This document shows, in pieces, positions 25,745-48,905 of a DNA stretch of 64,000 bases. The notes under the pieces are model-generated. The model had not been told where the DNA came from and made no database searches. It worked only from the letters and a program-made list of their open reading frames with translations. Position 1 is the first letter of the stretch; each line of letters starts with the position of its first letter. This stretch comes from the human T2T-CHM13v2.0 reference genome, Homo sapiens, in NCBI RefSeq assembly GCF_009914755.1, contig NC_060934.1. One strand, given 5' to 3'. A program made the translations under genes and the position numbers.

Positions 25745-26229
25745 GGCCGGGCATGGTGACTCACGCCTGTAATCCCAGCACTTTGGGAGGCCGAGGTGGG
25801 AGGATCACCTGAGGTCAGGAGTTCCAGCCTGGCCGACATGGTGAAACCCCGTCTCTATTAAAATGCAAAAATTAGCCGGGCATGATGGCGGGAGCTTGTA
25901 TTCCTAGCTACTCGGGAGGCTGAGACTCGAGAATGGCTTGAACCTGGGAGGCTGAGGTTGCAGTGAGCCAAGATCACACCATTGCATTCCAGCCCAGACG
26001 ACAGAGCAAGACTCTGTCTCAAAAATTAAAAAAAAAAAAAAAAAAAAGAGACAGGGTCTTGCTCTGTTGCGCAGGCTGGAGTACAGTGGTGCTATCCTAG
26101 CTCACAGCAGCCTTGGACTCCTGGGCTCAAAGCAGTCCTCTCACCTCAGCCTCCTGAGTAGCTGGGACTACAGGCGCAAAAGTTGTTTAATGTTTTGTAG
26201 AGATGAGGTCTTGCTATGTTGCCCAGGGT
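25745..26229. mobile_element. Sense AluS (25745-26047) inserted into an antisense AluJ
   Basis: TSD AAGARACAGGGT flanks the sense copy. Confidence 0.85.
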
Positions 26230-26264
26230 GGGGTTTTCATTCCTTATAACTTTTTTACTTTCTC

Positions 26265-26445
26265 TAATAGTGGCTCTCAAATTTTGTGCCTGAATCTTCT
26301 GAAGAGTTATTTAAAATAGTACACAGATTCTTCAGGCCTTTCCCTTAGAAACTGATTCATCAGGTCTGGAGTAAAACTCAGGATTCTGCACATTTAATAA
26401 GGTATCTCAGGGGATTCAGATTCAGGCATCCTGGAACCACAGTTC
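26265..26445. mobile_element. MER5-like hAT element
   Basis: TAGTGGCTCTCAAA...CTGATTCATCAGGTCTGG...CAGGATTCTGCACATTTAATAAG. Confidence 0.6.
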
Positions 26446-27067
26446 TTGTTCCTGTGATGGCACCCATGAACCTGAAGCATGGAGCCACATAGTCAGTGAT
26501 TGTCTCTGACATGGGCTGTCACAGGTGACATGCCCACTCTTTTTACATTCATCTCTTGTCCTTTTCCTTTTCATGCACCACTGAAGCAGGAGAACAGACT
26601 CCCTTGTGCAAGAGCAGCCAGCTGTTATCTTCCGAGGCTCTGTTTTCTCACTGGAAAATGTAGTTGTCACCAGTGAAGTAACATCTGAGTCAAGGTCCAC
26701 ACAAAAGGACCTTGGCCAACTGATATGGATTTTATTTCTTCTGTTCTGCTTTCAGGATTCTCATTTTCTTTCCCTAGGAGGAATGGCTTATAGTTATCTT
26801 TATTATTGTCATTTCCTTCTTACCAAGGACTGTAGCAACTCTTGGGGAAGTGTACCTTTTCTAAGATAAGAACAGGACTCTTGAACTTTGAACAAGAGCC
26901 AGGTCAGAGGCACCAAAATGTGCTAAGTTCAGATAACAACATGGAAGCCAGTTCAGAGAGTAGCTCAAGATAAGTTCAATAAGAATTCTTCTCTTGAGGG
27001 AGTTGGGATGAGTTGCTTTGCTACTAATTGGAAGGGCCTGAGGGAGATGGGTTTCCTCAGTCATTAG

Positions 27068-27271
<204 letters not shown>

Positions 27272-27421
27272 TAGGATTATTCTAAAAATTAATGAAATAA
27301 TGGAGTTCAGGCACTTTAACACAATGGCTGGCATATGGCAACTATTTCATAATGTAAGCTGTTTTTCTAATTTTTGTCTTCTATGATTCCCATTACAAGC
27401 ATAAAGGTGATTAGAAATTAG

Positions 27422-28104
<683 letters not shown>

Positions 28105-28622
28105 TTAATTTGTTATTTTATTGTTTTAGTGTATATTTCCTGAAATATCTTTTTTTTTCCTGTTATCTGAGGACTGTCTTTCCATAATTTATTCTAATTG
28201 TGCCTCTAAATATAAGCTTCCTATCAGTGTTCTGTCTTCCTTGTTCCATCTCCTACCCTGTTGTAACTGAGAAGCTTCTGGAAAGGAGGAGAAATAAATG
28301 TAGGGAGTCAGTAGCCCCTTTTGCAGCATTAGTCTTCCTTTTCAGAAGGACCATCTCAGCGTCTCAGTGGCAAGTAGTTGCTTCTAGACCTTGCATCTTG
28401 GAAGGTCATGTAATGTCTGAGAATGAGCTCTGACATTAGGCAGCCCTGGGTTTGAACCCTGGTTCCTCTACTGACTAGCTGTGTAACCTTTACAGTTAAG
28501 AGCACTTGTAAGTTTTTGTTTCTGTTGTATGTCAGGGAAGAGGGGTTCTCCTTTAGAAAGTGCCTTGACTGGTGGAGGACACAGATGAGCAGGGACTTTT
28601 CCAACACCAGCTTTGCCTTTGA

Positions 28623-28883
<261 letters not shown>

Positions 28884-29192
28884 TGAGTTAGCCAACGAAT
28901 AGCAAGATTTCCACATGTGGACAGCAGGACCTGGTTTGGATGGGTTTGAGAGAAATGGGCAGGGGTGAGAAATCACACTGATGTGTCTCTCCTGTCCATC
29001 ATGTGGCTGCAATGTATCTGCAGGGCTTTCATTTTAATATGGAGCACTGGAGCCTAGAGTTTGAGATGCAGAGGAAGATATTGACTTGTTTTCTGTTTCC
29101 TCATCTGTAAAGCAGGGAGTTCTTGTGGGAGTAGTTGACTTCACAAAGCTGCAGAAGCCTTATGCAGGTTTTCCTTCTTAGAAAGTTTCTAA

Positions 29193-29762
<570 letters not shown>

Positions 29763-30568
29763 TAACACCTAGGAGAGGAAAAGTGGCCCTCCCAATTCTC
29801 CCACCTCTTCCCTGGTATCCAGTGCTTGTTGAAGCACTTAATGTGCACTCATCTCTATGCTAGTTGCTAGGTAATTCATTGGTAATTAAACTAATGCTCT
29901 CTGTCCTAGAGTTGCTCAAGGCAGGCTGTATGTTTTGGTGGTTAAGATCTGGGCCCTGGAGCCAGACTGCTTCACTACTTGGAAGCTCTGTGGCCTGGGG
30001 CAAAAGCCTCTGTTTTCTTGTTCATAAAACAGGATAGTAATAATACGTTGCACAGTTGGCTGGAGAATTTCATGAGATAATGCTTATCAAGCGTTTAGTA
30101 AAAAGAGTACTGGGCACATGAAGCACTCACATATTGATTATGGTTATAATTTTGTTGTTATAGGTGCAACTTACATTATTCCTTCTCCTTCCACTTCACC
30201 TTCAAAGGGAGCTAAGGAAACCAAGGGGATTGTTGATCTTCCAAAGCATAGTAAAGAAATGCTTGAAAAATGGTTTGAAAACTCTGTAGGGTACTGGTAT
30301 TATGCCTATCACTTTGAAGTCTTCTTAAAGAGAGTTGGGATGACCTAGTGGTTAAGGGTGCAAACTGTGGTCACAGTGCCTGGGTTTTTGAAGCCTGGCT
30401 CTGCCATTTACTACCTGTGAGATTTTGGGCAAGTTACTTAATCTCTCCTTCCCTTAGTTTCCTCATGTTTAATGTGGGATCAATAATAGTAGCTGAGACC
30501 AGGCATGGTGGCTCACACTTGTAATCCCAGCACTTTGAGAGGCTTAGGTGGGCAGATCACTTGAGCTA

Positions 30569-30751
<183 letters not shown>

Positions 30752-31013
30752 CTAGGGGACAGAGTGAGAACCTGTCTCAAGATAATAATAATGGTACCCA
30801 CCTTACAGAATTATTATGAGATAAATGATTTGAAACAGTTAGAGTAGTACCTGGTATACTAAAATACTCAATTTGTAGTATTAATAGCTGTTAGGATTAT
30901 GATTTTTGTATACAGAAAATTCAGCTTCTCCCATCTTTAAAGGGCAAGAGGATCTTCTCAGCCTTAATTCTGCATTTACTTCTTCCTGCCATTTATCTAA
31001 AGACCTCTGATGA

Positions 31014-31355
<342 letters not shown>

Positions 31356-32284
31356 TGAGCCCGGCCTGGACAGAGGTTTTAAGAACTACAATTATTGTAG
31401 CTGTCTGAATACCAGTAACATGGTATTCCTACATTTCCCAAGTAATGTAAGGGCCCAATTAGGCTGGCAGAATTTTTGGAAGCATTAAAAGCCATGTGAT
31501 AGACTCAGATGTTATGGAACTCAGCATAAAGGAGTAAACTGGCTTCTCCAGTTGATATAGGCTGTGCCTCTGTCCGTATTGCAATGTCTTATCTAATTCC
31601 ATCCCAGCTCAGTCCCTTGCCAACCCTTCTCCCATTACTCAGATAGTGCCATTATTCAGGATGGTAGGGAGGTTGGGGTAGTGCAGTTTTATTTATCTCC
31701 ATCTTGTGCTCCTAATGTCTTCAGAGGAGCTTTTGGTATCTTGTAACCTAAAGTGCCTACTACCTTAGGGTGACCATCCAGCTCCTTCCAACATGTACAT
31801 GGCCAGTATATCACTCATGTGCTTACTTGTCTACCATTCACACATCAAAGCAAAATGTGTGCACTACAAAATTTCTGCACTACAGAAATCTGACAAAGCA
31901 CAGAGAAAAGAGGTCATAACCCTGTCTACATAGCTGAGCCATTATTGCAGGATGGGCTGTAGTACAAGGGCCCTGAGATGTAGGGAAAGAGTGAAGAGGC
32001 CCCACAGGGACACAGTCAGGTGATAGAAGTTGTTACTCAACTTAAAGGCTTCTCACCGGGAGTTAAAGAATCTAGGGTCTGAGAGAAAGCCTCTGTAACA
32101 TTTTCTTTTTCTTTTCTTTTTTTTAAAGACAGGGTCATGCTCTGTCACCTAGGCTGGAGTGCAGTGGCCCAATTGTAGACCACTGCAGCTTTGAACTCCT
32201 AGGTTCAAGAAGTCCTCCCCCCTCAGCCTCCTGAGTAGCTGGGACCACAGGCATGCACCACCATTTCTGGGTAATTTTTTTTAA

Positions 32285-32485
<201 letters not shown>

Positions 32486-33177
32486 TAAATTCTTTATTCT
32501 CCTTTCTTTTCAGTCCTGGTTCCAGGCTTATCTTCAGCTTTTTAATTTGGAAATTTTCAAACCTCAGTAAAGTTGAAAGAATGGGATCTTCTAGATTCTT
32601 CAGTTGTTATATTTAACCACATTTATCTCATATGTCTACGTATTATCCAGTGATGTATCTGAATAATATCTATTTAATTTCTCTCCCTAGATATTCTTTT
32701 TTGCCAAATCTTTTGAAAATAAGTAGTAGACAATTTGACATGTTTACCCCAGATACTCCCGCAATCTCCTTTTAGTTCTTCACCCCAATATTGTGCTTCA
32801 GACTATTTGGAACAGTGTAGGATGCTGGCAAGTACCAAAACAATTAAGTAAAAAAGAAATTTGTTACCAATAGGGTAACAAATGACCCCTGTTGCAGTTG
32901 TATCTCTGCTCCTTTATAGGCAGCAGTTGTGTAAGAGGATATTTGTGGCTTGAGGGCTGTGTGTCTGTGTGATTTCAGGGTGCAGCCTAGCTTACCCCTC
33001 CATGTTCTGTGACCTGGCCATGAAATCTTCAACATCTAGTGTTTTAAAGAAGATAGGGCCAGGCGTGGTGGCTCATGCCTGTAATCCGAGCACTTTGGGA
33101 GGCCGAGGCGGGTGGATCACCTGAGGTTGGGAGTTCGAGACCAGACTGACCAGCATGGAGAAACCCCATCTCTACTA

Positions 33178-33336
<159 letters not shown>

Positions 33337-34226
33337 TCAGAAAAAAAAAAAGAGAGAGAGAGAGAAGACAGGACACCTTCAGCTTTTGTACTCTCCTACC
33401 AGAGAAGATAAATGGTGGTGATACTAATTTTGACAAAGAGGAGAAACTGTGTCCTCATGGACACATAACTGAAATACCTGTAAAATACTGACAAAAGATG
33501 GTGAGGACTGGACTCAGTGGCTCATGCCTGTTATCCCAACACTTTGGGAGGCCAAATTGGGAGGGTCATTTGAGGCCAGAAGTTGGAGGGTGCAGTGAGC
33601 TATGAATGTGTCACTGTACTCCAGCTTGGGTGACAGAGTGAGACCCTGTCTCAGAAAAGAAAAAAAAAAATTAGGGGAAACTGGGCAAATGCTATATAGG
33701 AACTCTTTGTACAATCTGCAACTTTTCTCTAAATTTAAAATTATTCCAAAGTAAAACATTTATTTAAAAAAAAAGGTGATGAAGAGATAGTGTTAGAAGG
33801 AGAATCCAAATAAAATGTTGGCTTTTTACTTTTTGTTTGTTTGTTTGTTTGTTTTTTTGAGATGGAGTCTTGCTCATTTGCTTAGACTGGAGTGCAATGG
33901 CACAATCTCACCTCACTGAAACCTCCGCCTCCCGGGTTCACGTGATTCTCCCTCCTCAGCCTCCCCAGTAGCTGGGATTACAGGCACTCGCCATCATGCC
34001 CAGCTAATTTTTGTATTTTTGTAGAGATGGGGTTTCTCAAAATTTTTGTATTTTTGTAGAGACAGGCTGATCTCAAACTCCTGACCTCAGGTGACCCGCC
34101 CACTTCGGCCTCCCAAAGTGCTAGGATTACAGGCATGAGCTACCACGCCCAGCCAGCTTTTTACATTTTACATTTATATCATCTTTGTAGGAAAATCATA
34201 AAATAGGGATGAACAACAATAAATAA

Positions 34227-34478
<252 letters not shown>

Positions 34479-35149
34479 TGATCTGCCCACCTCGGCCTCC
34501 CAAAGTGCTGGGATTACAGACATGAGCCACTACGCCCGGACCAAAACCACCTATAATTTCTTGAGACCCAGAGATGACCACTGCCAACTGCCAGACTTTT
34601 TTCTACACTATAGTTAGATAGAAAGATAGAATTTAGAAAGTAAAAGTGGGGTCACAATCTAACACTGGTTCCTTTTCTGCTTTCCTTTGCATCTAACACA
34701 ACATTGTGATCGCTTCTTTGCCAATACATTTATATATATATTTGATAGTTCCCTGGTTAAATTTCTATATATTTTAGGATAATTGTTTCTTATCCCTTCA
34801 AGTATTAACTAGTTTACATCTTTTCACTGTTATAAACAATATTACATTTGTTTTTGGAACTAAATGTTTTATGCATATCCATTAGTGTTTCTTAAAAATG
34901 GAATTGCCGAGTCAGAGGGTCTGTTCTTTTTTTTTTTTTTTTTTTTTTTTGAGACAGGGTCTTGCTCTGTTGCCCAGGCTGGAGTACGGTGACATGATCT
35001 CAGCTCACTGCAACCTCCACCTCCCAGGTTCAAGTGATTCTTATGCCCAGCCTCCCAAGCAGCTGGGATTACAGGTGTGCACCACCCCACCTGGCTAATT
35101 TTTTTGTATTTTTAGTAGATACAGAGTTTCACCATGTTGGCCAGGTTAG

Positions 35150-35428
<279 letters not shown>

Positions 35429-35697
35429 TGATCTACCTGCCTCAGCCTCCCAAAGTGCTGGGATTACAGGCGTGAGCCAGCGTGCCTGGCAAGTATTTAT
35501 TTTTTTGAATTCTCCCCAACTCTGCGTCGTTCTTTTGTATCTTTACTAACTGGAGGGCAAAAAAATAAAGGATTTGTTTTCATTTGTATTTTTTAAATGA
35601 TTAGAGAGGTTTCCATTTTCTGTTTTGCTAATTTTTACTTTTGTAAATGGCCTATTTGCATGATTTTCCATTGGTATTTTAAAAAATTGATTTGTAG

Positions 35698-39000
<3,303 letters not shown>

Positions 39001-39042
39001 AAGAGGACCTACCTGACTCAAGGTAGTAGTGGTTCCTCCTCT

Positions 39043-39060
39043 TGGCCACCAGAGGGCAGC
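39043..39060 (+). promoter_or_regulatory. CTCF-binding motif
   Basis: TGGCCACCAGAGGGCAGC closely matches the CTCF core consensus; AP-1 TGACTCA at 39014-39020. Confidence 0.75.
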
Positions 39061-39638
39061 CCTGCCCTGTGTACATCACTGCCCCACTTCAAACCCTGAA
39101 TAATCAAGCATATAGGGTGGGTGGAGAGGGAGAAGAAAGCTAATAAGCACAGAGTATGCCTCTCTTGAGGTGGAGCCAGAACTGTGGGAAAAACCCTGCC
39201 TTCAAGGGTTTCCAGGCCATGGGAAGCCTAGGATATAACGCAGGCAACTTCAGAATCATCAGTCCACCTTGGGATGGTCAGCCCATAAGGATGAAGAAAC
39301 CAAATGAGGATCTGGCACCACTAGTTTGACTACAGATTAAGCCAGCCCAAGGCCTCAGCCTACTGTGCTGGGCTGACCATGACAGTCTTCCCCCTTCTCC
39401 TGATCCTATGGATCAGGACTGCTGCAGAGACTCCCCTCTTTACTCCCGATCCAACAGACTCTGGAAAAGGAGGCTGTGGTCCAGGGGCTCAGCATGGGGG
39501 TGAAAAAGGAGAGGGAGGTGAAAAGGAGAGAGGAGGCCAGCCCTGATTTTTCCTTCCTGGGGACACTCTTGCCCCTCCCACTCTGTTTCATTTCCTCCCC
39601 TTCTGTGACAGACTCACACAGCTCTTGATGCAAATGTT

Positions 39639-39644
39639 TTTATT
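39639..39644 (-). terminator. AVPI1: AVPI1 poly(A) signal AATAAA
   Basis: TTTATT on the + strand ~430 nt past the AVPI1 stop, followed on the - strand by GU-rich TGTGTGAGTCTGT. Confidence 0.8.
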
Positions 39645-40069
39645 TGCCACTTAAACTACAGTTTCCCTGTGCTATCCTGATGGTGTGGGGGTGTGGAACA
39701 GGCTGCTGGAACCATGGTTTACAGTAGTAGCAGGTAGATGATTAGTAGCATGAGTGGTGAAATGCTGCATCTAAGTGCCTGTCACTTTGCTCCCAGGGGA
39801 ATATCATGCAGCCCAGGAATAGTGTTAGACTGGGAAGGACTGTGGCAGGAACAGTCACTGTCTCTCCTCATTTTGGTGAGGAATGGGTCCCACATAATGG
39901 AGAGCTCAACAGAAGCATCCAGTCTTGTTCTGAATGGAGCAGGTCAGTGGCAGCAGCCTCTTGCTTTCATTTACCCCTTTGGGCTGCTTGCCTAAAGTCT
40001 CTCTTCCTTCACCTCCCCAGGCCTTTTGGCAAGAGGGAAGACACTGCCATTCCTGGCTCTTTCCCTGGA

Positions 40070-40226
40070 TCAGTGTCTGATCTGGTGGAGGTAGCTTGTG
40101 GGGCCTGACTTCCTCCAGTTCCGGCGGATCCTGGCACTTTTCTTCCTAGAGTGCAGATACTGCTCACTGGAGGCTGTCTCTGTGGCACTCTGTGGGTTGG
40201 CCAGTGCAGAGTGGGGCTCCAGGATT
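40070..40226 (-). CDS. AVPI1: Arginine vasopressin-induced protein 1, last coding exon (157 nt)
   Basis: Acceptor TTGTTCTCTGCAG|; (R)[51 protein letters not shown]; phase matches the upstream exon. Confidence 0.95.
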
Positions 40227-41078
40227 CTGCAGAGAACAAGTGTATGATTAGCCAACATCAATAGGAAGAATGGAATGGGGACTTCAAGAGATTTCGTCAT
40301 GGTGGACCATAAAACATATGATTTGGAGCAAAATGAGAGCGGGGCTCTGCTCTGGTCTTTCCCCCTCTGAGAACTGTCTGACTAGACAAAGTTTACAGAT
40401 TTCTCTGCAGTAGAAAGGGTTGGACCAGATCAGGTTGTGCAAAACTCAACATTTCTTCATCCTCATCCTGTACTCATGGCAGATGTCATAAGTCATGCTA
40501 TTAAACTGGTTTGATAAGCAGTGACTACTAATTAACTGGAGTTAAATACAAGCTATGACACTGACTTGCCATCTCAGGACCTGATGACCTCCAAAGGCCT
40601 GTTTAGGTCTGATGTTCTGATTGTGGGCCCCAGAGAAGGCAGCAGAGAGATGAAGCCCAGAGCATCACCCATAGTGATTGGTTGAGGCCAAGTGGTTCAG
40701 CTCCATCCCTTTGGGTTCACTCTTCCTGGGCTGGCAGTGGCCTAGGCAAAGAAGTGGCCCACCAGGGAGACTGGGGAGAGATCTCAAGGTAAAAGTTTTC
40801 AACAATTTTTAACCCATAATGCCTCGACAGTACATTCCTAGGCTATATTCTCTGTAATCCCCCAGCCAAGATTTTAATTAGGCTTAAAAAAAAAAAAAAA
40901 AGAGAATCTCACTCTGTCACTCAGGTCACTCAGGCTGGAGTGCAGTGACAGGATCATAGCTTACTGCAGCCTCAAACTCCTGGCCTCAAGTGATCCTCCT
41001 ACCTCAGCCCCTGGAGTAGCTGGGACCGCAGGTGCATGCCACCATGCCTGGCTAATTTCTCTTTTTTTTGGCGGGGGG

Positions 41079-41081
<3 letters not shown>

Positions 41082-41139
<58 letters not shown>
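41082..41139. repeat. (GT)29 microsatellite in the linker of an AluJ (40903-41177), AVPI1 intron 2
   Basis: Direct count. Confidence 0.95.
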
Positions 41140-41145
<6 letters not shown>

Positions 41146-41280
41146 AGACAGGATCTCGCCATGTTGCCCAGGCTGGTAAGCTGAGAATAACGGCAGAATG
41201 AGGTGATGCTACTAGGACTCAGGCATCTCTTTCCATGGGAGTTCACAGGGTTGTATATGACTCCAAAAGTAACAGCAATC

Positions 41281-41580
<300 letters not shown>

Positions 41581-41757
41581 AACAGCAATCTCTTAAGTGC
41601 CAACCAAGTGGTGACACTGTGTAGACCTTATAACCACCCCAATGGTGGGCAGGCACTTTACAGTGAGGCCAAGTAACTAGCTCCAGGCCACACAGCCATG
41701 CAGTGGTGGAACAGGCATTAGTGCTCTTCCCTCAGCCATCCGGTTCTAGGAACCTAC

Positions 41758-42044
41758 CTGAGGCGGCTGCAGTGGTGTAGCGAGTGGCCCAGGGGTTTCT
41801 GCCTTGGGGGCCTCTTCCTGCGCAGCCTCTTGAGGGCCTCAGCCACACGGTGGTCCCCTGCACATTCCCAGATGATCTGTGCCCGTTCCTCGGCCAGCTG
41901 GTCCCCGCTGCGTTGAAACAGGGCTTGGATCTGCAGCAGCTCGGCGTCCTGGAAGATGTTGGCCGAGGCCTGCTTGCGGCCCCGGGCCTCAATCGGGGCC
42001 TGCCAAGGGGGTGGCTCACTGACCACCGAGGCTGGGGTACCCAT
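41758..42044 (-). CDS. AVPI1: AVPI1 first coding exon (287 nt CDS; exon starts 42054)
   Basis: Kozak CCACAATGG; [59 protein letters not shown]...; donor CAG|GTAGGT. Total CDS 444 nt = 147 aa. Confidence 0.95.
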
Positions 42045-43440
42045 TGTGGATGCTCTGAGGATGCAAAGCATGGAGACATCATCAACTCAGCTGGTCCTTC
42101 CCAGACCTGGGGGTCCTGGCTAATCCTAGGGCTTCTGATGTTTCCATTCTCCAAGAGCTAAACTGGAGGAAGTCTCCTGCCTTAAAATCACTTAAGCACT
42201 TATGTGTCAGACCCCCATATTATCTCATTTAGGATTCAAAGCAACCCATGAGGTAAGAATTATTGTTTATCCTCATTTTACCGATGAAGAAGTGCAACTC
42301 AGAGGGGTTAAATGACTTGCCAGCGTCACAAAGCCACGTGCACATGCAGAGCCAGCAGTTGAACCCAGGTCTGTCTAGCTGTAGATTCCATGCAGACGCC
42401 AGGATGCCCAGTAGCAGCTCAACTGTGTTGAGTACTTATACCAGGCACCTGTAACAGCTTGCTTCACATAGTATCAATGAGATGTAACAAGCACAACAGC
42501 CCTGTAAGGTAGGTATTTTAATCCTCCTCATTTCACAGATGAGGAATCTGAGGAAAGGTTAAGTCATCCATGGTTCTGCAACTAGGATGAGAACCCAGGC
42601 CTCTCTGATGCTAAGGCCCAGGTGCCGTAGCACAAAGGTAAGAGAGGAGTTGTGGAGCTGGGCTACCCGAGTTGGAATCCCACTTCTACCCCCTCCACCA
42701 CTTACTGGCTGGGCATCCCCCCTGCCTCAGCTGCCTCCCGTGTCAAATTATCACCTAGTACTACTACCTACTTTGTAGGATTAATTTGAAGATTGAAGGA
42801 AGACAAAGTATATAGAATAGTGGTCAGTGTTTTCAATCTATAAAATTGAGACATCATCCCACCTCCTATCTTTAAGACCCTGGGGATGAACCAAATCTGT
42901 ATAATTTAGCAAACATAGTATGAAATGAGCCAATCAGATCTAACCACAGTCCAGTGGACCTAATGAGCAAGAGGTGGAGGCAGAAGAGGAGGCTACAAGG
43001 GTTAGAATATACTGTCAAGGGCAGAGACTGAAACTTATAAGAAAGTTCAATAGAAGTTAGACTCTGTGTCAATGTCTCCCATCATATCCAGGAAGTGAAA
43101 ATTAAAGGATCTCCCTTGATTCTAGATAGTTCACTTTGAATAATAAAGGCCTAAGAAGCTTACCCACCCATCCTTGTCTCCAGCACAGCCTGGAAACAAG
43201 GGAAGCCTGGCATTACATAGAACAGGTTTTGAGTTCCAACTCTGACACCTTAAGCAAGTTACCCAACCTCGTCTCTGAGCCTGTTTCCTTAACTGTCAAA
43301 TGGGGATAAGATTACCCACTTCTTAGGGTTATAGTAAGGATAAATGAGCCCAGTATATCAGTTACCCAATAAGAGCTAAATAAAATTATATCAGTTACCC
43401 AATAAGAGGATAAATAAAAAATTTAAGAATACAATGATAT

Positions 43441-44050
<610 letters not shown>

Positions 44051-44069
44051 AAAAAAAGAATACAATGAT

Positions 44070-44275
44070 ACAACAATTAAAAAATACAAATAAAAAATAG
44101 ATACATTGTAACTACAAAACATTCACATTGTATTAGGTATTGTAAGTACCCTAGAGATGATTTAAAGCATGCAGGAGGATGTGCGCAGTCTATAGGCCAA
44201 CATGGCATTTTATGTAAGTGACTTAAGCGTCCCACGGAGGAGCCTGGAACCACCCTCCATGGATACTGAGGAATT
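44070..44275. mobile_element. MER2 (Tigger-derived) fragment
   Basis: ACATTGTATTAGGTATT..TAGAGATGATTTAAAG..GGAGGATGTGC..ATGGATACTGAGG. Confidence 0.7.
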
Positions 44276-45294
44276 TATAAACGCAAATCCTCCTCTGTTG
44301 GCCTCTGTGACCTTTGTACCTGGGTCAGGGGTACAGGTAAACCCTCCTCTTTCCTCTAAGCTGTGTGGCACAGCCAGCTGATGACAGGCCTGTGCTCCCA
44401 CCCATCTCTCCCAGCCCCAGGCCTGCTGGGGAGAGGAGGAGCAGGTCCTGCTGCTTCTCCAGGGCCTGGTTGCCTAAGTCAGACCTCATTCCACAGCCAG
44501 CTACAGAGACAGCTGTCAACAGCAACCAGCTTCCAAAAGGGGAAAAGGAACATTAAAATATTTTTAAATTAAAATATTTACATGCTCATCATAAGAGGCA
44601 AACAGTACAAAAGCTTATATATAAAAACTTTTCCAATTTCCTATCAACCCACTTGCAGAAGTAACCCTTCCCCTAACCTGCCTTTTGTTCTCTGTAAGAG
44701 TTTGAATTGTCTCCGCCCCACTCATACTCCCAAAATATGACTCCCCCCCTTGCCCTGGCCTTCTCCGCTCCTCACCTCAATAGTCACCCTCATTATCCCA
44801 ATCATTTCTATGCTCACTCTGTCCCAGTTTCCAGGCCTTCTATCATAAAAACTCCACCCTGTTTTCAAAAGATTTAACAACTACAATAAAGCTGCAGAAG
44901 ACTTCCAGATGAGTTAACGTCATGAAAATTGTATTTTATTTGGAAAATGGAAATTTAAAAATCTGCCTCTCCTTAGGTGCTATTATGAAAATCCAGTTAA
45001 AACCTAATCTATATGGTAATTAAGCCCCCAGAGCTGGATGACATAAACACACTGTGACAAGAAGACAACAGTCGCCAAGTAACACTTTTAGGCTGATAAA
45101 AAGAAAAGCTAACTATGGGATATTTACTCTGGATCAGGCAATACGTATGATATCCTTTAATCCTCAAAACAATTCTAGGAGTTAGGGACTGTTATCCCAT
45201 TTCACAGGGAAGTAAAGGGAAGCTAAGATGCAAATATGAGTACCAGTGGCTTAGCCGAGGCCAGAGGTGGTTCAAATGACTGCAGCCCATGCTT

Positions 45295-48260
<2,966 letters not shown>

Positions 48261-48905
48261 ATTTTAAATAAGCTTTTTAAAATAAATGGTGAGTATAAAT
48301 AACTCTTAACAGGAAAAGGGAGATTAAGTTTGTGACGGCATTCCTTCTAGTACCTGGTATACCACAGACATTCTATGCATGCTGGTTGAATGAATAAATG
48401 ATGAAGGGAAAGGCTGTTTGACTACCAGGGGCTATAGAATCATTGTCATTTTCATCATCACAGCCATCAACAAATCTGTGTACTTTTAAATCATAGCTTT
48501 ATGATTAAAATCATAGAGGCAGCTTGTTCAGTGTCAAGCGCAGAACAGAGCACGTTCAGATGGGTGCTTTCTTTCCTCCTCACTTAAGGTGGCACTATTG
48601 TTATACCCATTTTACAGATGAGAAAGCTACACCCAAAGTCACACAGCTGGCAGGTGATGGAAGCTGGGACATGAACCCAGGCAGTCTGACCCCAGCACCC
48701 GGGCTCTCAAGCCACTGTTATTTTTGTTCCTGCCAGATGGCTGAGGAGGTCTTCTGGGGAAGGTCGGTCCCAGAAGCCTTTCGGAGGCTATCTGCTTCTG
48801 TAGATTGTGGAAGGAGCAGGGAGGGATCCAAAGTCAGGACTCCCAAGCTAGCCTCTGTACCCTCTGCACTCCACTGCCCGGTGGAGAATTGGAGCAGGTA
48901 CTCAC

